A stretch of DNA of 64,000 bases from the human T2T-CHM13v2.0 reference genome, Homo sapiens. The translations under genes were made by a program, and so were the position numbers. The stretch lies in NCBI RefSeq assembly GCF_009914755.1, contig NC_060933.1; one strand, 5' to 3'. The notes under the pieces were generated by a model. The model searched no databases and was not told where the DNA came from. It saw nothing but the letters and a program-made list of their open reading frames with translations. Shown in pieces: positions 52,325 to 64,000 of the stretch. The stretch's first letter is position 1. Each line of letters starts with the position of its first letter.

Positions 52325-55300
52325 GTTGATGATGTTTTTGTAACTAGAAATATGCCAGAGGAACTTAATCCTTGATTATACCAATTGGTCTGTGGTAAAA
52401 TTGGTTTTGTTATATGTCCTAAGTTGCAGTTTCCAGGAACCTAACAACATTAAGTGAGGATTTATTGCATATGAAAACTAGTCATCTTGGTTGGGACCGA
52501 GTTTGTCTTATTTGAACACCACTATGTACCAACACTAAGGAAATGCAAACATTGCTGGTTGAATATTTTTTTAACTAGCCATTTGAAAAAAGAGTGAATT
52601 TGAACCCACTTAATACATAATTTAACCCAAAGGTGACATGCTTTCTTTTTAAGAACAATGAAATAATCAAACTAGCCTTCAGTATGAGAATTATAATTTG
52701 TACGATATCTGTCTTGGAACATCTTGAATTGGCCCCTTATTAATCTAGCTTTTCTTGATACAGTGGTTTGTATTAAAAATGAAGTATCGACCTAATCCTA
52801 TATAATAACAGTTAATCATTTCCCATGATAAGTTTTTGATCTTTGTTTTTCTTATATACTTTAAAATACCAGGCAAGATAAATTATATTATTTAAATTTA
52901 ATGTATATTTAAATAGACAGTAGCCTGTTAGTTCATTAAAAGGTAGAGATTTTTATCCGATTCATTTTTTTCTCTCACAGCTTAAAGCACAGTATTGTAC
53001 AAATAGTATATGCTCAATAAAAGTTAATTGAATTGCATTGATCTTAGTTTCAAAATAATCAATTACTAGAAGACGTACCTTCTTGATAAATGTAAGCCAG
53101 TTTGTCACATAGGTTCTGACACTTATGAGTCATTTAGTGTATTTATCAATTAACTGCGTTGATGGTAAGGAGTGTGATATATTAGTTGATGACATATCAA
53201 CTAATAGTTGATAAATAGTGTGATAAGTAGTTTTTTTTTCCCAGAGTTTGAAACATTCTCTGGCTTATAGTGGATACTCAACAAAGGCACCTGAACAAAT
53301 TAATGGAGTTCAAGAGAAAGCAAAATTGGGCTGGGTTTTGAAGACAGGTAAGAGAGCTGATGTAGCAGAATGAGAAAGAGACACCAAAATAGGGTGATGG
53401 TTTGAAATGGAGGTATGGGTAGAGATAGAAATGTTGGAGAATGCGGCAGGGATCTCTGTTTTGGTAGCAGGTATGTATATAAGAGGAGTTCCTTCCAGAA
53501 ATGGGTTTGTGTTTTTATCGATATGATTTTTAAAACCATCAACCAGCCCAGTAATAATGAACAGTAATGAATATGGGAGGCTTTTTCTTAGACATATGCA
53601 GCGAGGCTGCCTTTGTTACGCAAGAAGAGGGGAAATGTCCCTGATACCCATAATTAGGCAGTACATCTGAAAGTGGCAGGATACAGTTGTTTCCTTCCCT
53701 TGGAAAAAGGGAAATAATTAACTAGCTTTCCCAGTAACACATGACTCTCAACTGGATAAACTTTCTACTTCCTGCACGATGTGACTGGCTGAGGTCATAC
53801 CAATCCAGTGGTCCTCAGCCAAATAATCATGTCAGGCATTTTCCATAGTGTTATGTGCCCACCATGGACACTTTAGAAGTTAAGACCATGTGTAGCTGTT
53901 TTAACCTTAGCCAATTTGGTTATCATGTTTCTTAACTGCTCTGGTGAGGATATCATATGTGATTCCCAACTTCTCTGAGATGATTTCAGAACAAATGAGA
54001 CAGGATTAAAAAACTTTTCTCAGGGCCTCATTTTATTCTTTCCCTTTCCCCTTCTCTTGCCAGTCTTTTTCCCTCTACTTTTCTTCCCCACAGTTTCTAT
54101 CTAATTCTCCACATATCCTAAGACACTTGGTATTTGGTGTTCCAAATTGATATACTTATTTTTTAAGTGAGAAGTTCAATCTTTTCTTTTTAAGTTTAAA
54201 GAATATGGCTGGTCCCAAAGTCTTGTGGGGCTGTAGGCTTGCTTGAGTGTGTTGTGTTGGTGGTGATTTCTGTCTGAGATTCATTTCAGCCGATGAGGGA
54301 AGTAAAAATGGCAATGAATTTATTTTTAATATATAATCTTTTATTTTGATTGCAGCTTTGACAGAACTGCATTTTTCAAATCTTTCCTTTATAGGGCCAC
54401 CAAGACAGAGCAGAGGAGAAACAGCTTCATAAGAAAGCATCCAAAAATGCATAGATGGCCTTATCATTTTGAGATAGTCAACCTGGCCCAGTATTCCTTC
54501 TTTGTCTGGTTTCTATTAAAGCCATTAATGGATTCAGAGCACTGCACTTTCTGTCTATCTTCCTAAAGATGTAAACCCCAGTAGCATCAGAATCATATGA
54601 ATAGGCCTGTATGTACTGATAAGCAATTATCACTGGGGTAAAAGGAAGAATGATAAGGTCTAGGCCTATCACAGGGCAAAGACATTAAGATTTATTTCCA
54701 GTGTCACCAGGAGAGCTTTGCTACCCATGCAAAGCTCCTTCCGGAAGAAAAAAAGAAAAAAGATGGAAAAAAGCATAAGGGGAGATAACATTTCTTGCAA
54801 ACATTTATCAGTCAAAACAAGAAACTCTGAATGTGAAATTGAAACACAATCACAAAGTCAATTTTAAATGGGGAAAAGAGCCACAGAAAACATGGGCCTT
54901 CTGAGGATTAAAAAGAAGAAATCCTTACCTAAGATTAAAAAAATCCTTACCAGAGATCAAAATAGTGGGGCTATCAGAGGGAGGAATAGTGGAGATTGCC
55001 TTTACAAGTGATTTGGGATTGAAATAATTTATACAGCTTGTATTCAGCCACTGAGAGCAAGATGGAAAATTTATATAACTGTATAAAATGCCTTGCATTA
55101 GACAAGAACTATAAAAAATAGAACAGAAGCTCAACTCCAGGGACACAGAATTTTTTTATTAGGAAATCTAGGTTGGCCATGGAATGTAATTTTAATCATG
55201 AACTCAATGATGATGCATATTAATTCCAAACCAACCCTTTTAACCATGGTATATTTTGCCCCAGTAGGACTACAATAATCTCTCAAGGATAGATGAAAAC

Positions 55301-57029
55301 TCTTTTAGGGAACACTTCTCACTACATGTTCTTTCTTAAGGCCTCCTCTCAGAGGAGTTATCTAGCAGATCATGGCATGCTAAAATGATGTATCATACAT
55401 CAACCTCAGTGTTGCCATGTCTCAGAAATGCTTTCCCCTAAAACTAAACAGCAATACCTAACAAATGTTTATGGTTGAACAAGTGTAGAGAGCAGCTAAT
55501 CCACATATACTGAGCTAGTCTAATTCATTTTAATATTCATGTAACAATTATTTATTGAATACCTAGTATGTGTTAGGCACCAGACTAAGTACTAGGGATG
55601 CTTCCAATCTGGACCCTTGTGACTAGCAATGGGGCAATCTTGTGTTTCACTAGTCTGTTAGTTTGCTTTTAAACTGTTTCATAAAGCTAGTAACTCCTCT
55701 TTAAAACAAAATCACTTACGTAGCATAGAATAGCAGACTTGTACAGATAGAAACAAACTCAGAGACAGTCATCTAGCCCAACTCCTTAATATAAGAAACA
55801 AAGTAAGTTCTATAGTCTCTTGTTGACAGCCTCATCGTCCACGTTAGGAAGTGGCGCCAAACCCAGGAAATAGTGTTATGTAAAATAACAGACACCCTGG
55901 AGAGTCATTTATAGAAGAATAGAAAACAATTGCATGGTAGAAGAGGAGGGCAGGAAAGACAAAAAGCGCTACGCATGATGAAAACTGAGTAACAGTCCAG
56001 TACCAAGTAAAGGCTTACTAGCAGAAAAGTTACTAGATTACTACTCCAAAAATCAACAGTAAATCTTACTGTGAAAATGTCCTTTTAATTATATTTTATC
56101 CACTAAAATAACCTCACTTATCTTTATTTCTGAAATATTAAAATGGCTCTATTGATAATTAAGATAAAATGGCTATGGGGAACCCTCTGTTAGTCACCAG
56201 ATGCCCTGACAAATAAAACAAAACATTGGAGAAAATATAATGGGATTCTATCAGTTTTACAGATAATTCCATCAAACTGACTCTCATACCTTGGAGCTGC
56301 AGAAACATCAGTGGTTTCCTAAATGTTATCATTTTTTATTTTCATAACAATCATCTGACGGTTGGATGGCAAACACACCAATTTTTATGCTACAGTGAGA
56401 ACATGTAAGTGACCTGGTGTGAAAGTCACAAAAGAAATCAAGATTATGGACTACATTTTTCTGGCTCCTGGCTTGGTTTTCTTTCCATTTTACCACGGTG
56501 TCACTCAAACAAGCCTAATGTTCAAAAAGTTCAGCAGGTGAGTTCTTCCTCTGCTCATGACAACATTCATGTGGCATCTTCCGCCGAGCTTAGATGGTGA
56601 AGATGACCAGCGCATGTTTACTGAATGACCACTTTTTGTTGAAATCAGGGGCTTTTGTTATATGTCCTAATGGAGGCTCCCGTCTTACATCGTTTGTCAT
56701 CAGAATCTCCTTCACTCTCAGGAGAGGTCTGCAAAGGTGAGTGGGCTTTCTATGAAAAGTGATGAAGTAGGGAGAAACTCAAAGATTATGTTGCTGAGTT
56801 GCAAACTACTGGAAAATATTAAAGTCTAATATGATTCTCTTATGATGTTTCTCAGCCTTCTGGTATTTATTCCTCTATATCATCATAACTTGTGTGTTAA
56901 AAATATACATCTATTTACCTATATTATACATATAATATAGATGATATCTATAAAATATGTAAATACAACCAGAAAGGTACAGCTGTATCCTTCTTAAATC
57001 AGTGAACATATCCATTTAATATAACTCCA

Positions 57030-58850
57030 CTCTTGCAACTTCTATTCACCATTGCACTGAAGATTCTACTCAAGACAGTTATGGAAGAAAAAAAGGAAAA
57101 GACTCAGATTGTAAAGGAAGAATTAAAAATCTCTCTTTGTTGATGACATCTAAAATAATCCACTAAAAACTATTAGAATAGATGAGTTTAGCAAGATTTC
57201 AGAATACAAGATCAATATAAATACATAAATACTGAATGTATTTGACAATCTGAAAATGAAATTTAAAAAATTGAATTTCCAATAGCATCAAGAAGAATAA
57301 GATACTTAGAACTAAGTTTAAGAAAACAAATGCAAAACTAAAACATTGTTGAAAGACATTAAAGGCCTAAGCATATGGAAATATACCACATATGTTCACC
57401 GATTGAAAGGTTTAATACTGTTAAGATGACAGTGCCCACCAAAGTGATTTGCAGATTTAATGTAATACATATCAAAATCATGACTGCTTTTTGTTTGCAG
57501 AAATAGAAAAGCTGATTTAAATTTCATAAAGAAATTATAAGGAACCCAAGGTGCCAAAACAATCTCAAGAAAGAATATATTTGGATTATTCACACTTACC
57601 GATTTCAAAATTTACTATAAAGCAACAGTAATCAAAACAGTGTGGTGCTGACATTAGGACAGACATATAGACTAATGGAATAGAATTGAGAGTCTAGAAA
57701 TAAATTTGTTGTTTTTTTGACAGATAATTCAAAGGGAAAAGTTTTTTTTTTCCAACATATGGTGCTGAGACAAATGGATATCCATATGCAAAAGAATAAA
57801 GTTGAACCCCTAACTTCATATGATACACACAAAAAAGTTAACTCAAAATGAGTCATAGACAAAGTATGAGGCTCTTAGAAGAACACACAGGAATACATCT
57901 TCATGATCCTGGGTTAGCTAAGATCTTCTTACAGTATCAAAAGCACAAGTGATAAAAAAAAAAAAGATAAAATGGGCTCTATCAAAATGAAAACTAGTGC
58001 TGCAAATAATACCATTAAGAAAATGAATAGGCAACCCACAGAATGCAATAAAACATTTGTAAATTATAAATATATAATAAAAACTTGTAAGAAGACTATA
58101 TGTAGAACTTTTATGACTCAATAAAATAACCCAATTAAAAATAGACAAAAGATCTGAATAGATATGTCTCCCAAGAAGATTTTAAAATGACCACTAAACA
58201 CATGAAAAAAATATTCAACATCATTAGCCATCAGGGAAAGACAAATCGAAGCCACAATGAAATACTACTTCACATCTGCTAGATGGTTACAATAAAAAAG
58301 GCAGATAGCAACAAGTGTTGACAATGATGTGGAGATATGGGAACTCTCATATATTGCTGGTGGAAATGTAAAATGGTGCAGCCTGTTTGAACAACAGTTT
58401 GGCAGTTTCTCAAAAAGTTACTATGGTAACATAGGTGTACCACATAACCCAGCACTTCTACTCCTGGGTACATACTCAAGAGAAGTAACAATAAATATCT
58501 ATACAAAAACTTGCATGTGAACATTCATAGCACCATTTTTCATAATAGCCAAAAAGTAGAAACTTCCAAATGTCCATAAACTGATGAACGGATAAATAAA
58601 ATGTGTTATCCGTATCTATGCAAAGAAGTATCCTTTGACAATAAAAGGGAATGAAGTACTGATTAACATGCTACAATCGGGATGAATCTTGATATCATTA
58701 CGCAAAGTGAAAAAGGTCATTCACAAAAGATCACATATTACATGATTCCAGTTACATAAAATGTCCATAGAGGAAGCAGAAAGTGTACATCATTGTGAAT
58801 ATTCTAAAAACCACTGAATTGTATACCTAACATGTGTATCTTAAAATTTT
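57030..58850 (+). mobile_element. L1MB-like ORF2/3' end remnant
   Basis: AGAATACAAGATCAATA; GATTTCAAAATTTACTATAAAGCAACAGTAATCAAAACAGTGTGG; GGAATGAAGTACTGAT...CATGCTACAA. Confidence 0.85.
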
Positions 58851-59265
58851 AGCATTAAATTTTCTTTTTAATTACAAAATTTAAGTATAACTGATTTGTA
58901 TGGAGATAGTTTGAGTTGTAACAGCATTGAGTCAGCATGACTCTGCCCTAACATAGTTTGTAACCTAGACACCTGGACACTGAGACCTCACTCCTCTGGG
59001 CCCCTTTCCTCACCCATATGATACCACTTGATTGTTTTTCAAGCATTATAATCCCTCCTTTTTGCTCTGAATAAAATCTTACATGGAAACTCAATGTATA
59101 AAGCAGAGAAAAGCCCTATTTTTCTGATTCAAACAGGGATGGAGTTTCTAGATCCCACCCAGTCAGGTTTATTTCTTGAGTTGCTCCCTGCAATATCCTC
59201 AAATAGCCACAGAGCACCATGGGCTCAACAGCATTCCCTAGAAATACTGTTTTAAAATCAATCAA

Positions 59266-59637
<372 letters not shown>

Positions 59638-60953
59638 TTACGTACAATAACATATGGAACAAAAAAGAGGTGGGTGAAATTGAGTGACATTACATCAGTC
59701 AACTGGTCTAGGGAAAGGGGATGTGAGTAGAGAAGGGTTCAAGAGAATGAGAAAGTCAAATGTAAGAGGCCAGGTCAAATTGATTTTTAAATCAGCAGTA
59801 AGGAACGAAGGCTGAATTTCTGTGACACAACACAAAAAATTGCTGGCACCAGAATTTTTCGTAGGGAGGGAAATAACATTTGTTTGGAAAAATTCCTTCA
59901 CAGGTTGTTTTAGGAGGTGAGACAGGCCTGGATATTTGGAGAAAAGGAATCAAATACTGTGTACATCATTCTGCATTAGGAAACAGCAAGAATAGAGAGT
60001 ACAGGGGTGCAGGGGAAAGAGTCAGAATGCCTGACTTAGGAACATGGAAGAGTAGCTGAGTAACTTTTAAGGACAGTAAGCAATTTGAATTTATGTGATA
60101 TAAACCCCTCTTCATTGTCCCCAAATCTGGACTTCAGTTTGCTGCACACTCAAATACATGGTACTTTAGCAGTAGAAGGTCAGGCAGATGGGTGAAGTTA
60201 TTTGGGCCACTTTTCTATTCCATTTAATTAAAAGTGATGGAATTGTATTTGATATATATATTAGTTAGAAGCTTCATGACCATAGGGATTGCTGAGCTCT
60301 GTGCATTTTCATCTTACTGCAGAGTTTAAATACCCTAAAGTGTGGTCACAAACTGTGAGAAAGCCTCAGGCTAAGCATTTCTAATGTTATTCCTGGCAAG
60401 AGAAGTGGCCTGATGAGGGAGATGCCTCCTGTGGTGGACAGTCAAGAAGACACAGGCAGGGCATGAACTCAGATCCACATGTATGCCAACAACTGCCCTG
60501 CATGTCAAAGGGAATGTTGGTCTCAGCTGTTAACCCCAAGCCTCTGAAGGACAGTCACATTGTGTGGGTCACTCTTATAACCACAGCATTAATGAATTTA
60601 TTTCTTCATCTAGGGTGCAGTGGAACTTGGTGATTATGTTCTTCTGCCAGCTTTGTGTCAGTACAATCCCACCTTTATTTTCCCCAGAAGAGTTGGTTTA
60701 GGACTTCATAAAAGGAAACAAGTCTCCTCTTACCACTGAGCAAAATTGCCTTCTCTGCTTTCTTTTTGCCCACCACAGGGTAGTGGCTGGGAAAAGAGTG
60801 GAGGGAAAGGGAAACTGAGAAGCATGTATAAGGTCACATACATATGAGCTACACATGGGGAGGATGTGAAGGTGGAGAGGAGCTGGTCTCATGAGGACTT
60901 TATGCCTTCCCCACTTGCGAGAGAATGGAGAGTTTAAAAAGTTTCTGGCTTAC

Positions 60954-61004
60954 CTTGCTTTTTTGCATGTGGCCAAAAGGGTTATAGGTTCCTCATGATT
61001 TATC
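60954..61004 (-). other. LINGO2: 51-nt non-coding 5'UTR exon of LINGO2
   Basis: Minus strand: T13-catccttgag|GATAAATCATGAGGAACCTATAACCCTTTTGGCCACATGCAAAAAAGCAAG|gtaagc. Long poly-T tract, AG and strong donor are visible. Sequence and length agree with my recollection of the LINGO2 mRNA just upstream of the coding exon. Confidence 0.85.
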
Positions 61005-61479
61005 CTCAAGGATGAAAAAAAAAAAAAGTTAATCAAAGTTAGAGTCTTCTAGGTTCTAACCTTCTCTACTGCCTTTCTCTACTGTCTCTGCTGCCAAGGT
61101 CCATTCAACGGCAGTGAGAGGAGTGCAATGCTAATCATAGTTTTACAAGACGTAGCCTGACTTTTTGTTCCTCCAACAATCCATTCAAGCCACCAGCTCC
61201 TCCTTTTCTCACCCTACTTCTGATTGGCAACCCCTCCATACCGCCTGGCCAAGACACTTTACTCCACAAGCCAGTCATCCATCATCAGTTATTTCAGTTG
61301 GGGTTTGTAGCTTTCTCAAGATGATCATTTTTGCTCATAGCTGCCACCTCCCTGGGCAACTCCCACTTATAGCCCCAAGGAGCCTACTTTCTTTTCTTCA
61401 CTTTTATGATATCTCCATTCAAAAACTGTCTATCTGAAATTGACTATTAAAAGAAACACCACCTTCTCTAAATTCCTGT

Positions 61480-61665
61480 TTGTTCTCAGTCTTTGGACAG
61501 CAGCAGAATCACTTGCAGCGCTTGTTAAGACAGATTCCTGAGCTCCATCCTGATTCTGATTGCGGAATTACATAAAGAATGCTGCGTGAGATTTTGTTTT
61601 TCTAACAACTTCTCCAGTAATATTGATGTTGTTGGTCTAGGGTTAGCATGTTGAGAACGAATGCT
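61480..61665. mobile_element. MER5A-like hAT-Charlie
   Basis: CAGAATCACTTG...CTTGTTAAGACAGATTCCTG...GATTCTGATT...TTGAGAAC. Confidence 0.7.
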
Positions 61666-63224
61666 TTACACATTTTAAACCTGTAAAATGTTGGAATGAT
61701 GTTTTAGCATAGGGTACCCGAGTGTATTTTCTGAGCACTGGGTCTCTAGTAACAATCAGGATTTTAGGGATGATAAAAGACATTTTGGCACATAGAATTC
61801 CCTATTTCTGCCTTCCACTTTTGGTCTTTGTATTTCTTTTTCTTCTCCTTTATATATGTATTTTAAATTCTTCACTCTTATTCACCTTTTCCTCCTGCTC
61901 CAAGCCTGACTTAGAAGGGTCTTATGATCCAGACGATTGTAACATGTAATAGGAATAGTGTGAGAAAGAAGCCCCAAGGTAAAAGGAATCTGCTTATCTG
62001 CTGTACTCAGGGAAAAATCTCGTTGATGTTAAACTAGTGTGGTCTCTCCTTCCTCTAGCATAGTTATTCAGGAATCAATCAATCAAAATTATCCAAATAT
62101 CCTGCAAACATTTGGCTTAAAACTTTTATCAGTATTTTCAACAACTGTCAAATACTCTTGTACAGAGGAATGTGGCAAAGACGGGGAGTGAATGAGAAGA
62201 AGCTGATAGTAAGTAGCTCTACTTTTAGTTTCTTATTGTCTACAATGGCTCTTCATTTTGAAGCTGGAGCTTTGCTTTATGGTTGGTTCCTGGCTTGCTA
62301 ATAAGAAGCAGATGTTTCCCACAAAGATATTTCTGATTCTTTTTTTCTATACCCCTACTTTCAACTTGGAGTTGGAAATCAGTAAGTTCAAGGGAATTTA
62401 TTACCTTTATCCTCTTAGCACATGAAATTGGAAGATGATAGGGTTTTAACTAGTTGTCAGATTGTTAGGTGAAAGGATATTTCTGGCTAAAGAATGGGGC
62501 TTTCATTGCCGTTATTTTCTTTTCAATTCTTTCTGCAGTTCCTAGAAAGAAATCAAACTAGTTACATTGCTAAGGTGAAGAAGTACATGCTCTGGTATTT
62601 TTGCAGTGAAGTTCTTCAGGCCCTGATACCTCTCAAGCCCAGATGTCAATCATTTCCAGCAAGTGCAGCCTTTTTTTGCCACCACTGTGTAGGACGTGGT
62701 TACCACTCAGAAATTATGGCAAGTTAATCTGCAGGCCTTATTCAATAATTCTTAGAAACACATGAACACAGTTGGTGCGCTCGAGCATTTGGAAAATTAA
62801 ATTATTCTTTAGAATTAGCCTACTGAGCTGGAAGAAAATAAAGAACACTTACCAAAGGGGAAAAAATGACAAAAAATTCTAATGACTAATGGTTTTTCAT
62901 TATAATTGCATAATAGTCTCTTGATACAAGTGCTACTCATTGTTCTGATAATTCACTGATCCATTAGGCCCCTCCATACATATGCAAGCACCTAGATTAG
63001 AAAACAGAAGAATAAGAATATGTAATTGCACTCAAGTGCCTTAAATTAGATCAATTCAATGGCACTCTTAACCATCCTACTATTAGCAGATGCTGAGAAT
63101 ATGAGAAATGATAAGCAACTTCCAACTGATACACTAGATAAATTTTACTTTTTTATCCAGGATAAGACAATTAACAAAGGTAACATTTAGTTCATAGTAA
63201 CATTTTAAAAATTTCTGACGATTA

Positions 63225-63330
63225 TGCATAGTGTGCTATAAACATTCATCTACTAGTTTTTATGTAGACAAGTTTTTATTTCCCTTGGACATATTCCTAG
63301 AAGTTGAGTTGTTGAGCCACAAATTATATT
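63225..63330 (-). mobile_element. Short L1M fragment
   Basis: GCTATAAACATTCAT...TTTTTATTTCCCTTGGACATATTCCTAGAAG. Confidence 0.65.
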
Positions 63331-64000
63331 TTGTGACTGTCTGACCTTGAAGGGCCCACAGAAGATAATTCTGTGTTGGTGGTTATAAGAATCTAGGTAT
63401 ATGTTAGTCCTCATAGAACTGTACACCAAAAAAGTGACTACTACCTCATGCAAATTCAATATTTTTAATAATTTAGAAAACTCTCCAAATAATCTGCATA
63501 GATTTATAAATTCCATCAAATTATTACATGAATCATTAACATACCTCTAGTGCTTCAAAAACTAAAGTTTGTACAAAAAATGTGGTGATAAAAAACAAAA
63601 TAGTTCCTGAAGTGAATAATTTTTAGTGGGTAGAGTTATATATCACATATAGCAAAGTTGTGTCTCAAATTGAATGTCAAGAGAACTGGAAATTCTTTGA
63701 TCCAAAAGGCAACCAAATCGTCCACGCTACTCAGTCCTTATTCAAGATCCTTTAACAAAATGGAAATATATTAGTGGGAAGTAATTCTTGGATAGGAGCT
63801 GGGATAACAAGTTCCTCTTATTAAACCTACTGATTTCATTCTCCTATTCTCCCAAGGTTTAGCAAAAGCAGGCCTTACATTACAAATTTCTTGTAGTATT
63901 GAGAAAAGGTTCCACTTCTGTACATGGAGCCTACAAATTTTTTATCCCATGGAGAATTGTTAAAGATTATAAAAATGCATAGAACACACACAGGGCAATA

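Larger units (their letters stand above)
61005..64000 (-). other. LINGO2: 3' end of the upstream LINGO2 intron
   Basis: Ends in the polypyrimidine tract and AG at 61005-61027 (-). Confidence 0.8.

Noticed and set aside
56530-56745. Plus-strand donors CAG|GTGAGT and AAG|GTGAGT
   Set aside because: No convincing paired acceptor; expected by chance at this window size.

Overview
AT-rich, CpG-depleted human/primate genomic DNA with no supported protein-coding exon. It is dominated by interspersed repeats: L1M/L1MA/L1MB/L1PA, L2, MIR, Alu, MaLR/ERVL LTRs, Tigger/Mariner/hAT DNA elements and microsatellites. I recognise it from memory (no alignment run) as the 3'-most intronic part of LINGO2 (9p21, minus strand). 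Two landmarks support this: the identity-SNP amplicon I recall as rs7041158 (variant base at 34542), and a 51-nt non-coding exon at 60954-61004 (-) that matches the LINGO2 5'UTR as I recall it. The single coding exon should lie just outside the left edge. I see no convincing new multi-gene system. The best leads are small: the 5'UTR exon has a rare GAG acceptor and two upstream AUGs; there are candidate cryptic/micro-exons and an AG|GTAAG site on the gene's sense strand; a ~0.5 kb non-repeat, exon-like fragment sits inside an old L1; and there are several transcription-factor motif clusters and repair/template-switch scars. Repeat subfamily names come from remembered consensus sequences, and old-repeat boundaries are approximate.
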